From the NCBI GenBank assembly GCA_023269615.1, contig JAHFSY010000008.1, positions 68,052 through 132,051 of the forward strand: a DNA stretch of 64,000 nucleotides, given 5' to 3'. Shown piece by piece: positions 1 through 10,801 of this stretch (the stretch's first letter is position 1; every line of letters begins with the position of its first letter). A program made the position numbers and the translations under genes. The DNA is from Verrucomicrobiota bacterium. Lineage in GTDB: Bacteria; Verrucomicrobiota; Verrucomicrobiia; JABWAM01. The notes below the pieces were generated by a model. It was given only the letters and a program-made list of their open reading frames with translations. It was not told the origin of the DNA and ran no database searches.

Positions 1-509
1 AGCGAAGGGCCAAGGTCGTTTATGGAAACGACCTGGTGAATGCAAAATCGGACGACGTGATGCTCGGCGATTTGAACGCCGAATATGCCAGCGCGGCTGA
101 CAAAAATGGCGAAGTCGTCGAACAATCCCGCCTGCGCATGCCCACGCCGAAGAACGCCCCGGAATTGAGCAATCCCATCGCCGAGCTCGCGAAAACCGGT
201 GTCGGCGCACCGACCAGGGTGCAGAAGGTGACCGACCCGCAGCATCAATACGATGGCACCCGTTGCCACGTGCACTTTGATCCCGTGGCTGGCGCGAAGA
301 CTTACGACGCGTGGGTAAGCGCCTACCCCGATGGCCGGGGCGCATTGCAGCTGGGCAAGGATTTGACCGAGTCCGGAAAACTCATCGAAGGCATGCGCCC
401 CGACGTGGAGTTTTACCTCTTCGTGGTTTACACCGACAAGGACGGCAAACTCTCCAAACCCTCCGAGCCCTTCAAGTTCATGCTCAAGGACCGCTTCGGA
501 TACAAGTGA
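1..509 (+). CDS. hypothetical protein, 5'-truncated at the window edge (C-terminal 157+ aa)
   Basis: The reading frame is open from position 3 with no upstream stop and ends at 509. I recognise no catalytic motif. The protein is acidic and hydrophilic. Confidence 0.4.
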   Translation, partial: RRAKVVYGNDLVNAKSDDVMLGDLNAEYASAADKNGEVVEQSRLRMPTPKNAPELSNPIAELAKTGVGAPTRVQKVTDPQHQYDGTRCHVHFDPVAGAKTYDAWVSAYPDGRGALQLGKDLTESGKLIEGMRPDVEFYLFVVYTDKDGKLSKPSEPFKFMLKDRFGYK

Positions 510-610
510 TCACGAGCGCAACGAGGTGGGAGGCGACGCTGGCGGCGACTGCCCGAACATCACGAACTTGCCCTTCATACACGATGTGATAATCTAAAAG
601 GATGTTGCGC

Positions 611-700
611 GGAGGAGTGGCTGAGCCCGGTTTAAGGCACTCGACTTGAAATCGAGCGATGGGAAACCATCCGTGAGTTCGAATCTCACCTCCTCCGCCA
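611..700 (+). tRNA. tRNA-Ser (anticodon UGA)
   Basis: A 90-nt cloverleaf: GGAGGAG acceptor stem, long variable arm, anticodon loop CTTGAAA (anticodon TGA), T-loop GTTCGAATC and encoded 3' CCA. It is nearly collinear with E. coli tRNA-Ser(UGA). Confidence 0.85.
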
Positions 701-811
701 GCTTTAAAGCTGGCGCCCCCGTGAGATGAGAACGCAGTTCGATCCGAGGCGTGGGGAACGCCGGGAAGGACAACAAAGTTGGTCCTCGCGGCCGCGAGGA
801 TAAAGTAAGTG

Positions 812-1684
812 TCAGCCGAGGGACTGGATGAACTGATCCACTTCGCGATTGAAACGGTCGGACCCCTCGAGAAATGGGCAATGGCCGCTGTTCTCAAACA
901 CGATTAACCGGGAGGAGGACAGGTTCTTGTGGAGATGCTCGCCGCCCGCGACCGGAATCAGTTTCTCGTCGCGCCCGAAACACAACAGCGTCGGCACGGT
1001 GACCTTCACCAGGTCGGCGCGGTAATCTTGCACGGTCTGGTCAAACAGGATGCTGCTCGCGATGGATTCGGGAAGGCGGGTGATCTCGTCGAACATCCAG
1101 TGCGCATCCTGCTTCGAGGGAGGATCCTTGAACATGAGGGGGATGAACGCTTTCACGAAGGCGGCCCGGTCCGTCTGCACATCGCGCATCATGCCGCACA
1201 AACCCGGGAAATCGGCGATGCCGTTGGGCCAGTCCGCCCATTTGAAATCGGAAGCGGACTCCTCAACAACCACCGTGCCCCGGATGTTTCCCACTCCGAA
1301 CTGGCGGATGTAATCCCAGAGGACAAATGCGCCCATGGACCAACCCACAAGCACGACGTCCTTGAGTTTCAGCTTGTGGACAAGATCGTGAAGATCACGC
1401 GCGTACTGCGCGATGGTGTGACCTGAGTGGACATGCTGGGAGCGTCCGTGTCCGCGAAGGTCCGGCGCGATGAAGCGGTAACCCTTGGAAAAATGCGGCT
1501 TCTGTTTTTGAAAGAAACGGCTGCTCATCCAGACCCCGTGGATGAAAATCACGGGACGGCCTTTGCCGGCGTCCTCGTAATGCAACCGCGTGGTCTTGAG
1601 ATCGAGCTTGGGCATGGTGGCTGGCAGATGGAATGGCGCCCCGATGATGGTGGGTTTCGGTTCGAAAGCAACGCGCAAAACCAC
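812..1684 (-). CDS. alpha/beta-fold hydrolase
   Basis: HG oxyanion motif (IFIHGVWMSS) and nucleophile elbow GWSMGA. 290 aa. Confidence 0.8.
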   Translation of the reverse strand: MVLRVAFEPKPTIIGAPFHLPATMPKLDLKTTRLHYEDAGKGRPVIFIHGVWMSSRFFQKQKPHFSKGYRFIAPDLRGHGRSQHVHSGHTIAQYARDLHDLVHKLKLKDVVLVGWSMGAFVLWDYIRQFGVGNIRGTVVVEESASDFKWADWPNGIADFPGLCGMMRDVQTDRAAFVKAFIPLMFKDPPSKQDAHWMFDEITRLPESIASSILFDQTVQDYRADLVKVTVPTLLCFGRDEKLIPVAGGEHLHKNLSSSRLIVFENSGHCPFLEGSDRFNREVDQFIQSLG

Positions 1685-1719
1685 GTCAACAGGGTGTCAC
1701 AAATCCCATCTGGGTATGT

Positions 1720-3198
1720 TCATTGTAGATTGCGCTTGGTGGAATATCGTGAAAAATCAGTCTTGTCTCCGTTGTCGTCCTCATTCTTTGTTTCAGAACT
1801 GGAACGGCGCGTCTTGTTGGCAGATTTTTTTTTGGGGTTCTCTTCAGTCTGTACGACTTGATTGGTCGCTCCAGCCTGGGAAGCGCCAGATTTGGTGGAT
1901 TGTCCCTTGCCGTTTTTCGCTGATGAATTCACCATCCAGAAGATGATCACAGCCAGCAGGAGTCCCCCTCCAATTCCAATCCTGGCCCAAATGCCCCAGG
2001 GGAGCTGAGCCGGCCCGGGCTGCGCCAAAATACGGGAGAGCCATGATGAATTCTCATCGGATGGCTCAGCGCTTGTTGCATCGCCCGGGCAGGGGTCCGT
2101 CGTCAGAGGAAGGCTGAATGGAACCGGGGCCGGACGACCGGTACGAGGCTCGTCCAAAGTCGTTGGAGCGGTCGGGGAGGATGTGAAAGGAACCGCTGAG
2201 ACATGGGTGGTGGCGATGGGACGTGGTATCGGGTCACCCTGGCTGGCAGAATCCCCCTCCGAAGCGCTACGGGCCATACCCGATTCAAAAAGCGGAAGAG
2301 TAGTGGAGAATTCAGGTGCCTGTCCGGCGCGCACCATCTCCAAGATCTTCACCACTTCCTCCATGCTTTGAAACCGCTCCTTGCGCTCTTTGGCCATCAT
2401 CTTGTAGAGAACCCGGCAAAATCCCTTGCTGAGAGCAGGATTGATGGATTGTGGCCACGGCAAAGGGACTGTGAGATGATTGGACATGATTTCGGCGGCT
2501 GAGGAACCGCTGTAGGGCACCTTGCCGGTCACCATGTGAAACAGTGACGCTCCCAACGAGTAAATGTCGGTCCTCGCATCCACATCCTTGGAGCCTCGAA
2601 TTTGTTCGGGTGAAATATAATAGGGACTTCCCATCACCGTTCCGGACAAGGTCAGAGTCTGGTCCTGTTGATCAATTTGTTTGGCCAACCCCAAGTCGGC
2701 AACCTTGAGTTCCCCGTTCCCACCCAAAATCAAATTCTCGGGTTTCACATCGCGGTGAATGATGCCGTGTTGATGAGCATAGGCCAGGGCATGGGCCGCC
2801 TTGATTCCTTGCCCCAACGCCTCCTCTTCACTGAATGGTTTTCCATTCTTGAGGATCTTGCCCAAATCCTGCCCATCAATGTATTCCATCACGAAGTAGT
2901 AAACATCATCAACCGCCCCCGCATCGTAAACGCCAATGATATTGGGATGATTGAGATGCGCTGCGGCGCGCGCTTCGCGCAGGAAACGCGTCACGTAGTC
3001 GGCGCTATGGGAAAGTTGAGGGGAAAGAAATTTGATGGCCACGTTTCGTTCGAGCGTCACATGGCGTCCTTTGTACACGGATCCCATCCCCCCGCGCCCC
3101 AAGAGCTCGGCAATCTCATAATTCCCGATGAGTTCCCCTGTCATTGGATTGGCAGTCGGCATCGCCCAAGACTGTAGCATCTTGTCTAAAAACCACAA
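1720..3198 (-). CDS. Ser/Thr protein kinase with Pro/Thr-rich linker, one TM helix and a Lys-rich tail
   Basis: Gly loop GRGGMGSVYKG, VAIK, catalytic HRDVKPENL, DLGLAK and SPE motifs. A TM segment lies near the C-terminus. Confidence 0.85.
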   Translation of the reverse strand: MWFLDKMLQSWAMPTANPMTGELIGNYEIAELLGRGGMGSVYKGRHVTLERNVAIKFLSPQLSHSADYVTRFLREARAAAHLNHPNIIGVYDAGAVDDVYYFVMEYIDGQDLGKILKNGKPFSEEEALGQGIKAAHALAYAHQHGIIHRDVKPENLILGGNGELKVADLGLAKQIDQQDQTLTLSGTVMGSPYYISPEQIRGSKDVDARTDIYSLGASLFHMVTGKVPYSGSSAAEIMSNHLTVPLPWPQSINPALSKGFCRVLYKMMAKERKERFQSMEEVVKILEMVRAGQAPEFSTTLPLFESGMARSASEGDSASQGDPIPRPIATTHVSAVPFTSSPTAPTTLDEPRTGRPAPVPFSLPLTTDPCPGDATSAEPSDENSSWLSRILAQPGPAQLPWGIWARIGIGGGLLLAVIIFWMVNSSAKNGKGQSTKSGASQAGATNQVVQTEENPKKKSANKTRRSSSETKNEDDNGDKTDFSRYSTKRNLQ

Positions 3199-3327
3199 TG
3201 CGTCAGGTTGGAAACTGGCAGCTGCCCTGCATTGACCATGTCACTGGTCGCTTTCAAACTTCCTTGCTGGGTGTCCGGATCACCTGATGGGCGCGGGTGA
3301 TCATACAAGTGTCCGACGCAACTTTCT

Positions 3328-3798
3328 TCAGAGGCCCTGGTCATCGACAGGGATGCCGCAGTGAGTGCAGTGATGGATCTTGAAGTTGCGCTTTTGGGAT
3401 TTGCCGGATCCAACCACCAGGCTCCTGTTGCAACCGCTACATTCCGCACTGGTGCCCCAGAACAGGAGATTGCGCAGTAATCCACCGCATTCAGGGCAGA
3501 ATTTGTCGAGGGTGAATCCCACTTGATTCAGGCAGGCGGGGCACTTTGGAATCCGGGGAATGCCGAACATCACAAGAAAGGCCATGGCCAGCAAAAACGG
3601 GCTCCAACACACCCACGAGTCGATGAGTTTCGAGAGGATCAATGAGATCATCCCTATTCCAACCAGTATCAGGGCGATGAATGGATCGCGACGCATTTTC
3701 CCCCTGTATTTTTCCGCAGCCGGACGAAATGCCTCCTTGAAGGCTTCCAACTCCGTAACGGAGTAATCTTCCACGGTTCGACGCGGTTCCAGCATCAC
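3328..3798 (-). CDS. membrane protein with C-terminal zinc-ribbon motifs
   Basis: Central hydrophobic helices followed by CPAC..CPEC and CSGC..CTHC cysteine pairs. The family is not recognised. Confidence 0.4.
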   Translation of the reverse strand: MMLEPRRTVEDYSVTELEAFKEAFRPAAEKYRGKMRRDPFIALILVGIGMISLILSKLIDSWVCWSPFLLAMAFLVMFGIPRIPKCPACLNQVGFTLDKFCPECGGLLRNLLFWGTSAECSGCNRSLVVGSGKSQKRNFKIHHCTHCGIPVDDQGL

Positions 3799-3882
3799 TC
3801 CTCATTCCATCACATCGCCTTCCGGTCAAGCTTCCCGATGCATTTTCTCGATCTCCTGCACGGTATCCGCAGGTAGATACAA

Positions 3883-3940
3883 GTGTCAGGCCACAATCCG
3901 TTAAGATTTGAACATGACTTAACGGATTGCGGCCTGACAC
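3883..3940 (-). terminator. 23-bp-stem hairpin overlapping the stop codon of the esterase gene
   Basis: GTGTCAGGCCACAATCCGTTAAG, a 12-nt loop, then CTTAACGGATTGCGGCCTGACAC (one G-U mismatch). It sits at the 3' end of CDS 3919..4806. No clear U-tract follows. Confidence 0.35.
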
Positions 3941-4806
3941 CTGAACACATGTTGTTTTAGAAAAGCCAAAACGCGGTTGAAAACCCCGGAAGCTATGGCA
4001 TCGAAGCCGTGGCCACCCCCGAAAATGGTGATCAATTCGTGCTCCACGCCGGCGCTTGAAAGTTTCTCCGCCATCAGGACCGATTGTTGATAAGGCACAT
4101 CTGCATCCTGATCACCGTGAAGCAGCAAGGTGGGGGGATAGTCGGGGGTGACATTGCGAACAGGACAGAAGCAATCGAATGCATTCGGCTCAGTATGGGG
4201 ATCGTGACCGGTCACTTCCTTTGGCAAAAGCCCCTGTTGACGACAGTAGAGGTAGAATTGGCCTCGGTTATTTTGGCCTGAGTCTTCAGAAATGATTCTC
4301 TTACCAACCGCTCGATATGCTTCCTCCTTCGTGACAAGAGGCTGCTGGCAATACAAGGGATAGGGGGTGGAAAGCCAGGGTCCATCAATGTCGCCGTAAC
4401 CACAGAATGAAACCAGCGCTTTGGGACGAGGGACCACGCAAAAACCCGTCATCAACGTGAGATAACCCCCAGCTGAACCACCAATTACCGCGACTCGATC
4501 TGGATCAATTCGAAAAAGTTTGGGGCCTTTTTCGAGCAACCACCGGTAAGCATCCTGAATATCCTCAATGATCCCTTTTAACTTTGTTTCCGGTGCCAGA
4601 CGATAATCAACTGAAACGACGGTGTAGCCGGCCTCCAGATACAAATCGAATTGATCGGGAACAATCGCTCTCCGATCGGTCTTCATCAATGCTCCCCCAT
4701 GGATCCACAAGATGACTGGTCGAATGGCGCGATCCGAGGCTCCATACACATCAGCCTGAATTTTGCACTCGCCGATCGTCTTGTAAATGTATGTTTGCTT
4801 GTTCAC
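3919..4806 (-). CDS. alpha/beta hydrolase, esterase/lipase (Aes-like)
   Basis: HGGA box (LWIHGGALM) and GGSAGG serine motif. C-terminal HGF segment. Confidence 0.8.
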   Translation of the reverse strand: MNKQTYIYKTIGECKIQADVYGASDRAIRPVILWIHGGALMKTDRRAIVPDQFDLYLEAGYTVVSVDYRLAPETKLKGIIEDIQDAYRWLLEKGPKLFRIDPDRVAVIGGSAGGYLTLMTGFCVVPRPKALVSFCGYGDIDGPWLSTPYPLYCQQPLVTKEEAYRAVGKRIISEDSGQNNRGQFYLYCRQQGLLPKEVTGHDPHTEPNAFDCFCPVRNVTPDYPPTLLLHGDQDADVPYQQSVLMAEKLSSAGVEHELITIFGGGHGFDAIASGVFNRVLAFLKQHVFRCQAAIR

Positions 4807-4959
4807 TCCATCAATGGACTGGCGCTTGAATTAGAAAGGCAGTGAAGAGGCTGTTCAGAAGTGATTATAGACGAAAATGGCTGCATCGAGAATCGCATCA
4901 ACGATGGCGATCAGTTTTTTCCATCAATCATGGTTCATGTTGCGATGAAAATTCAGATG

Positions 4960-5847
4960 CTATCGCCCAGGGGTTGATGTTCGTGGACCCGGTGTCCAGT
5001 TTTGATCCGTTTGAAAATTGAGAATATCCTCCACGCGTCCTGGTCGAACCAACGGCCACCCTTTGTGCACCCCCGGCCGGTTCTCGTCGGTATTATACGC
5101 CACAATCGACGCACGACGATCATAAGGAGACAAATTATGACCGGAGGAATGCATCAGGTTACAATCAAAGAAAATGCAATCCCCGGGCGCACACGTGATC
5201 GGCAAAGGCTTGATCCTGGCGCAAACCTCTTTCATGGTTGAATTTGACAGGAAGGTCATCGTCAGTCCCCCGCCCGTGTCGCCGTCCTCCCGGTGGGGAA
5301 GCCGCCCTAATTTGTGGGAACCTGGTAGAACGGTGAGGCACCCATTTTCAGGCACCGCATGATCCAGAAATACCATCACAGAGAACATGTCGGGTTTGAC
5401 ACTCCCCATGCCCTGCCAATAGCCATAATCCTGATGCCACAGCCATGCAATGCCATCGAACGCCTTTTTATTCATGAACTTGCAGTGATGAATGTACTGT
5501 TGCTCTCCAAAGAGCTGGAAAGCCGGATCGATGATCCGCGGATCCCGACACATCGCCTCGAATGCGGTCCCCGTATGATCCAACCCCGCGTAGATGGACA
5601 TCGTTTGACCGGACGCATTGTTGTACATGAAATACTGCTTTTGATCGATGGCCGATGCCTCCTTGCATCGTTTTGCCGCCAATTCGCCATCTTGAAGGAG
5701 CCTGTCAACTTCCTGGGTGCTGAACACGCTTTTGCGCACGACAAAACCTTCTTCTTTCCACTGCGTCAATTCAGCAGGTGTAAAGCGAAAGTCCCGGGTT
5801 GTTGATGTTTTCACGGTTGCACAATTCAAGGATATTTCCAGGTCCAA
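4960..5847 (-). CDS. phytanoyl-CoA dioxygenase (PhyH) family Fe(II)/2-oxoglutarate oxygenase
   Basis: [11 protein letters not shown]-x-D motif and a distal His (LMHSSGHN). 295 aa. Confidence 0.6.
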   Translation of the reverse strand: MDLEISLNCATVKTSTTRDFRFTPAELTQWKEEGFVVRKSVFSTQEVDRLLQDGELAAKRCKEASAIDQKQYFMYNNASGQTMSIYAGLDHTGTAFEAMCRDPRIIDPAFQLFGEQQYIHHCKFMNKKAFDGIAWLWHQDYGYWQGMGSVKPDMFSVMVFLDHAVPENGCLTVLPGSHKLGRLPHREDGDTGGGLTMTFLSNSTMKEVCARIKPLPITCAPGDCIFFDCNLMHSSGHNLSPYDRRASIVAYNTDENRPGVHKGWPLVRPGRVEDILNFQTDQNWTPGPRTSTPGR

Positions 5848-6662
5848 AGATTGGTGCCGGAACCGCCTGGGAAGCCGGCGGCGGGCCGCATTGCGGCAAT
5901 ATGGCCGTCAAGGTAGAGTATATTTGCCCGACCCCCTGGATGCCGAAATGCGTAGTAAGTTCCAAAGCCGACGGGCCATGCGTACCAATCATTCAGAGTC
6001 AGAGGGTCAATGTGATAGCTAAATTCGGGTGCCTGCCATCCATCACCATAATCGGGGCAGTCCATCATAAAACTTACCTGGGCCGCATCATAGACTCGAC
6101 CAATGGTAGGATAATCAAGGGTCAGGTCCCCGGTGCGCTCTCCGAATTTCGCTTTGGAGATGGTGTTGATCGGGATACCAGGAGCAAGGGTCATCCCAAA
6201 GTTCATCGCATAGCTCGATGGGATGAGATAACTGTCATAATATTTGACCGTGGCGGTATACCCGCCGCTCAGATTGGCGCCCTTTTCCGCCGGACATTGG
6301 AGGACTTCATAACGCGGGCCATTGGCCGGTGCCGGGTAACCGCCGGGCGCGGTCGGATAAGGCCACTCGCCGGGGCCGAGGTAGGCTTTGCCCATGATCG
6401 TCCAGTAATAGTCCCATAGGAGTGGCTGGGTAGACCCATTCCTACAAGTTGGAGGGATCGCACCATTGTAGTCGTTTGCATACGCGGCAAAAGCAATGTA
6501 GATCTGATGCAAATTGTTCATGCACACGACGGATTTTGCCGAGGCTTTGGCATTTTTAAGGGCTGGCAATAAAAGCGCTGACAGAATTGAGATGATGGCA
6601 ATGACAACCAACAGCTCGACCAAGGTGAACCCCGCTCTGAGCGGGGTAAAGCTTGTCTGCAT
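5826..6662 (-). CDS. DUF1559 protein with prepilin-type N-terminal cleavage/methylation signal (H-X9-DG type)
   Basis: [26 protein letters not shown]-terminus and a C-terminal LYLDGH motif. I chose the start at the ATG encoding MQTSF; the ORF extends to 6740. Confidence 0.75.
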   Translation of the reverse strand: MQTSFTPLRAGFTLVELLVVIAIISILSALLLPALKNAKASAKSVVCMNNLHQIYIAFAAYANDYNGAIPPTCRNGSTQPLLWDYYWTIMGKAYLGPGEWPYPTAPGGYPAPANGPRYEVLQCPAEKGANLSGGYTATVKYYDSYLIPSSYAMNFGMTLAPGIPINTISKAKFGERTGDLTLDYPTIGRVYDAAQVSFMMDCPDYGDGWQAPEFSYHIDPLTLNDWYAWPVGFGTYYAFRHPGGRANILYLDGHIAAMRPAAGFPGGSGTNLWTWKYP

Positions 6663-6736
6663 TCGCCGGTGGCCGTGCGGTTCACCCCGTGGCGTGTGAG
6701 GCGAGAGACGGATTGCAAAGCTTTCCTGGATCATGT

Positions 6737-7609
6737 TCATGGAGTCGCCTGCCTTTCAGGCCTGGTCCATTGGGAGGCTTGTCTTTGCTCCGTGTCGGTG
6801 AATGGATCGCGCAAATGGCGCAGATCACCTCCGAAGCGTCGGGTCAAATCCGCACCAAACCGTTTCATCACCTTCAGAAAATAAATATCATGACGGATGA
6901 AATCATCCGCCACGCCAACGAATGTCCGATTGGCGCTTAAACCGGCGGTGGCGGTGCCTTCGGAAGGAATGTGGGCAGTCAGCGCATTGACGCCGTCCGC
7001 TGTGATGCAAAAGGTCCGGCCATGCCGCTCCCTGGCGATTACTTTTTCCTGGCGATGGACGTAGACGGCAAAAGGCCATGCCGCCTTCGGCGTTCCATAA
7101 TGGACCATGGCGATCTGGCATCCCCGCCGGTGAGCGGCCCGAAGGCTCTCGGAAAGCGTTGACAATTCCTCGGGCCAACCTGAGACGAGGAGATATCGCT
7201 TTGCGTCATGAACAAGGTTCAGGATCTTGTCTTCGATTTCATCCCATCCATTGAGGTTCCAGATGAGTTCGTTGTCGACCCGTTTCGGAGATTGCGCGAG
7301 AGCTTCAATGAGCTGGTCCCCCAATCGCTTCTGACGCGACGTCGTATCGGAAACGAATTTTTCCGCCGATATCGCAGCGTAGATATGCCCGCGACCATTG
7401 CCATCGCCCAGTCTCGAAACCATCTTGCGTCGCTCAAGCTTCTGCATCGTCTGGTAGATCTTGGATGTGGGAACGCTTGCAGCCTTGGCCACGGCATAGG
7501 CGCTGGCCGTTCCGGTCCCCAAGAGCGCAAGATAGGCGCGGCTCTCGTATTGGGGAAGGCCGAATCCCATGAGAAAATCAACGAGTCGCGAACTTCTGGT
7601 CATGAGCAC
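6737..7609 (-). CDS. TrmB-family transcriptional regulator
   Basis: N-terminal winged HTH ([47 protein letters not shown]). The length and C-terminal sensing domain are typical of TrmB-like sugar regulators. Confidence 0.65.
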   Translation of the reverse strand: MLMTRSSRLVDFLMGFGLPQYESRAYLALLGTGTASAYAVAKAASVPTSKIYQTMQKLERRKMVSRLGDGNGRGHIYAAISAEKFVSDTTSRQKRLGDQLIEALAQSPKRVDNELIWNLNGWDEIEDKILNLVHDAKRYLLVSGWPEELSTLSESLRAAHRRGCQIAMVHYGTPKAAWPFAVYVHRQEKVIARERHGRTFCITADGVNALTAHIPSEGTATAGLSANRTFVGVADDFIRHDIYFLKVMKRFGADLTRRFGGDLRHLRDPFTDTEQRQASQWTRPERQATP

Positions 7610-7635
7610 CTCATGTTTTGACCTGACCTAGCATC

Positions 7636-7649
7636 CACTACCTTGGTAG
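7636..7649. promoter_or_regulatory. perfect 14-bp palindrome ACTACCTTGGTAGT upstream of the TrmB-family gene
   Basis: Seen directly in the sequence. It lies about 30 bp upstream of the regulator start codon. It is a candidate autoregulatory operator. Confidence 0.3.
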
Positions 7650-7753
7650 TCAATACCGAATACAGCCGTCTTGCATGAGCATAAAAATCTTTCGACAGCG
7701 ATACTCCCACTCCTTTAGGCAGTTTTGCGACCCCGGTAAATTCTTGGCATCAA

Positions 7754-8797
7754 TCAGGCCTTGATCCGGTCGCGCAGGCCTCCAAACGTGAAAGTTCGCA
7801 CCATCTCCACGTCCAGGAAGTCGTGAGGGAATCCAAGCGACACCTTGCTGGCCTCGTCGAGGCGGCGGAGTTGGCCTGCGGAAAAGGTGATTTCAAGGCT
7901 CTTGAGATTGTCTTCGAGTTGCCTGAGTTTTCTCGCTCCGATGATTGGGATGACCGGAACGGAACGGTGACGGAGCCATGCGAGGGCAACCTGGGCCGAA
8001 GTGACGCCCATTTCTTTGGCCAATGCGACGACTTCGCGTACGATTCGACGACCTGCCTCGTCCAACGTCGCAAAACCTTTCATCATCTCCGAATTGAGAC
8101 GGGCCTCCTTGCTGTTTGTTTCTTCATTTTCAGGAAGATATTTCCCGGTGAGCAAACCGCTGCGCAAGGGCGACCAGGCTAAAATGGTCATCCCCTGGTC
8201 CTTGGCCACAGGAAGCAATTCACGCTCCACCGTGCGTTCGAGCAGGCTGTATTCGATTTGGAGCCCGACATAGCGGGTCCAACCCCGAATCTCCGCCATG
8301 GTATTGGATTTGGCAACGACCCAAGCGGGTGCGTCGGAGATTCCAATATAGAGGATCTTTCCGGAGCGTACGAGATCGTCGAAGGCCCGCATGACCTCTT
8401 CAGCCGGGGTGATCTGGTCCCAGATATGGAGCCAGTAGAGGTCGATGTAATCAGTCCCAAGCCGCTTTAAACTCGCCTCGACCGCCTGGATCATATTTTT
8501 GCGCTGGTTGCCGCCGGCATTGGCATCCTTGCCGGGGGCAGAATTGGTGTATTTCGTCGCCAAAACGACTTCCTGCCGGTGATTGGCGATGAATTCTCCG
8601 ACGAAGCGTTCGCTGGTTCCTGCGGTGTAAAGGTTGGCTGTGTCAATGAAGTTGCCGCCTGCTTCGCGGAAGGCGTCGTAAATTTTCCGCGCTTCATCTT
8701 TGGCAGAACCCCAGCCCCAGTCGTCACCGAAGGTCATAGTACCCAGGCAGAGGTCGGAGACCCGGAGGCCGCTGCGGCCGAGGAGTTGGTAGTTCAT
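7754..8797 (-). CDS. aldo/keto reductase (NADP-dependent oxidoreductase)
   Basis: GTMTFG and IDTANLY signatures; AKR fold throughout. Start chosen at MNYQLLGRSG; the ORF extends to 8863. Confidence 0.85.
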   Translation of the reverse strand: MNYQLLGRSGLRVSDLCLGTMTFGDDWGWGSAKDEARKIYDAFREAGGNFIDTANLYTAGTSERFVGEFIANHRQEVVLATKYTNSAPGKDANAGGNQRKNMIQAVEASLKRLGTDYIDLYWLHIWDQITPAEEVMRAFDDLVRSGKILYIGISDAPAWVVAKSNTMAEIRGWTRYVGLQIEYSLLERTVERELLPVAKDQGMTILAWSPLRSGLLTGKYLPENEETNSKEARLNSEMMKGFATLDEAGRRIVREVVALAKEMGVTSAQVALAWLRHRSVPVIPIIGARKLRQLEDNLKSLEITFSAGQLRRLDEASKVSLGFPHDFLDVEMVRTFTFGGLRDRIKA

Positions 8798-8994
8798 GGG
8801 AGGCTGTCTATTTTTAATGGAAATTGAGTAACTAAAAATGCGTATTGCCGCTGGGCGTGTCAACTCGAAGAGTGCAGGTTATTGTGGTTTCTCGGGATCG
8901 AATACGTGTGGATCGATTGGGAACACTGCAACGAAGCGGGCACCATTTCTGAAACCATTCTCTTCCGCGATTTTGTTCTCTCCTCCTGGCTGCG

Positions 8995-9798
8995 TCACAA
9001 GTTATAATGCGTTCCCATCGCGCCGGGCCCCATCTCCTCGTCCTTGCGCTGGTAACGGTTGTCGCATGAAAAGCGGAGACGGTCGCCCGTGACATTGGGC
9101 AGCGCCTTGTGAATCGTGTGGGAGTGGAACACGAGGAAATCCCCGAGGCCAAAATCACAGGCCTGCCACTCGGTCCCATCCTTCGGCATGGCCTCCTCGG
9201 TCACACCCATGCCCGCTTAGATGCGAACCTTGTTGAGCTGGTGCTCGATGAAGCCGGCGCGGTGAGAGCCCTTCAGCACCGCGAGGCCGCCCAACTCCAA
9301 CGGGCATTCGCCGATCGGCATCCACAGGGTGAATGTGCGCGGCGTTCCGCGGATGTACTGGAAATCCTGGTGCGCCGGCGTCGTTTGTGCCGTGTTGTTT
9401 GGGAATGTGACCCGCCCCATTTTGCGACGGTGCAGCAGCACCTCGCCGCCAAGGATCCTCTCCATCAACTTCATCAACCCTTCATCCTCGGGAAGCCCCA
9501 GGAAGGAGGGAATGTTCAGCATCTTTTTGTAGACCGGCATGTATTCCGGATCGCCCTCCCCGAATGGCCCAACGCCCGTCCAGATCGCGTCCAGGGAACT
9601 CCCATTCGCCCTGGCCCATCCGACGTCCCGACAAAGTTTCAGAATATCCCGCCGCGCCCGCAGTACTTTCTCCTTCGGCGCCATGCCCCGGAAATAGAGA
9701 TAACCATCCTCGTCCAACAAACGGTTCAACCCCACCGGGTCGTTGAAAACATCATTCGCAATCGCAAGAGGTTGATAAGCGGCCATGGTGGTGGTCAT
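8995..9798 (-). pseudogene. PhyH-family dioxygenase, copy 1, interrupted by an in-frame TAA
   Basis: ORFs 9217..9927 and 8995..9210 are collinear with the intact paralog at 20313..21113. A TAA (minus-strand codon at 9217-9219) replaces the paralog's Tyr codon: ...KVRI*AGMGV versus ...KEHKYAGMGV. Confidence 0.55.
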
Positions 9799-9923
9799 GC
9801 GCACAACATACCCCAACCCGCCGCGTGTGAAAATGGACGGACGTGCGAATATATGGACAATCCAGGCATGTTTGCGAACATTTGGAGTCTGGCAGCCCCC
9901 CTCTACCACCACACCGCTTGATA

Positions 9924-10736
9924 TCACAATGACCCGGACTTCTCCTGGGATGCCAGTACGACCAACATCTGGTAGAATCTGAAGGTGTGATTGTCATCCG
10001 GGCTTTGGGCTGTTTCGGACTGGTAGCGATTCAACACATCCTCAATAAACGTCGCCCGCCTGGATTCGGGGATGAGCCGCGTCCATTCCACGAAAGTAAC
10101 CTGGCAGAATCCGGCGAACGCTTCGCGGGTTTTGAAATCCCAGGCCCTGTCCATCAGCTCGATCCGCACGACACGGAACCCGGCCCGCTCAGCCATGACC
10201 CGGTACTCTGCCGGGGGATAATGCGCGTACGGTTTTCGATAGTCCGCGAAATATTCCGTCCAAGTCTTGGACCTTCGAGTGTCTTCAATCACATCTTCGA
10301 GGCTCTTGCGGTCACCTTCCGGCACAAACCTGAGAAGTGCGGAACCCCCGGGCTTCAATGCCTGGAGGATGGCACGGAGCGCCTTCTCTTGTTCGGGAAC
10401 CCAATGCAGTGCGTTGAATGAGATCACGAGGTCAAACTGATTCCGGTAGGTCATCGAGCGCACATCCGCCACTTTGAAATGAAGATTGGGGTGACCCGCC
10501 GGATCAAAGTGGCCGGACGCAAATGCAATCATCTGGTGGGACGGGTCAACACCGAGGGCCGAGCCCCGGGGCAGGCGTGCGACTACCTTCGCCGTGATTT
10601 TCCCATCTCCGCACCCAACATCCAGGATATGCTCCCCTCCCTTGAATTCCAAATGTCCCAACTGCTCCTCAGCCATGGCTTCCTGAAGGCTGGATTGTTG
10701 CGAATACTTAAGAGCGTTCCATTCCGTCATATTCAT
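9924..10736 (-). CDS. class I SAM-dependent methyltransferase (trans-aconitate methyltransferase-like)
   Basis: Motif I ILDVGCGDGKIT and acidic motif II; Tam-like overall. Confidence 0.8.
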   Translation of the reverse strand: MNMTEWNALKYSQQSSLQEAMAEEQLGHLEFKGGEHILDVGCGDGKITAKVVARLPRGSALGVDPSHQMIAFASGHFDPAGHPNLHFKVADVRSMTYRNQFDLVISFNALHWVPEQEKALRAILQALKPGGSALLRFVPEGDRKSLEDVIEDTRRSKTWTEYFADYRKPYAHYPPAEYRVMAERAGFRVVRIELMDRAWDFKTREAFAGFCQVTFVEWTRLIPESRRATFIEDVLNRYQSETAQSPDDNHTFRFYQMLVVLASQEKSGSL

Positions 10737-10801
10737 CCTCCGTTTTCCCCGTCAAAGGTTCCGAAGCACCGACCGCTTCTCGATGGTCCGCGCGCGTGTG
10801 T

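Noticed and set aside
9217-9219. Interpreting the in-frame TAA in PhyH copy 1 as recoding
   Set aside because: TAA is not a known selenocysteine or pyrrolysine codon. A nonsense mutation or sequencing error is more parsimonious.
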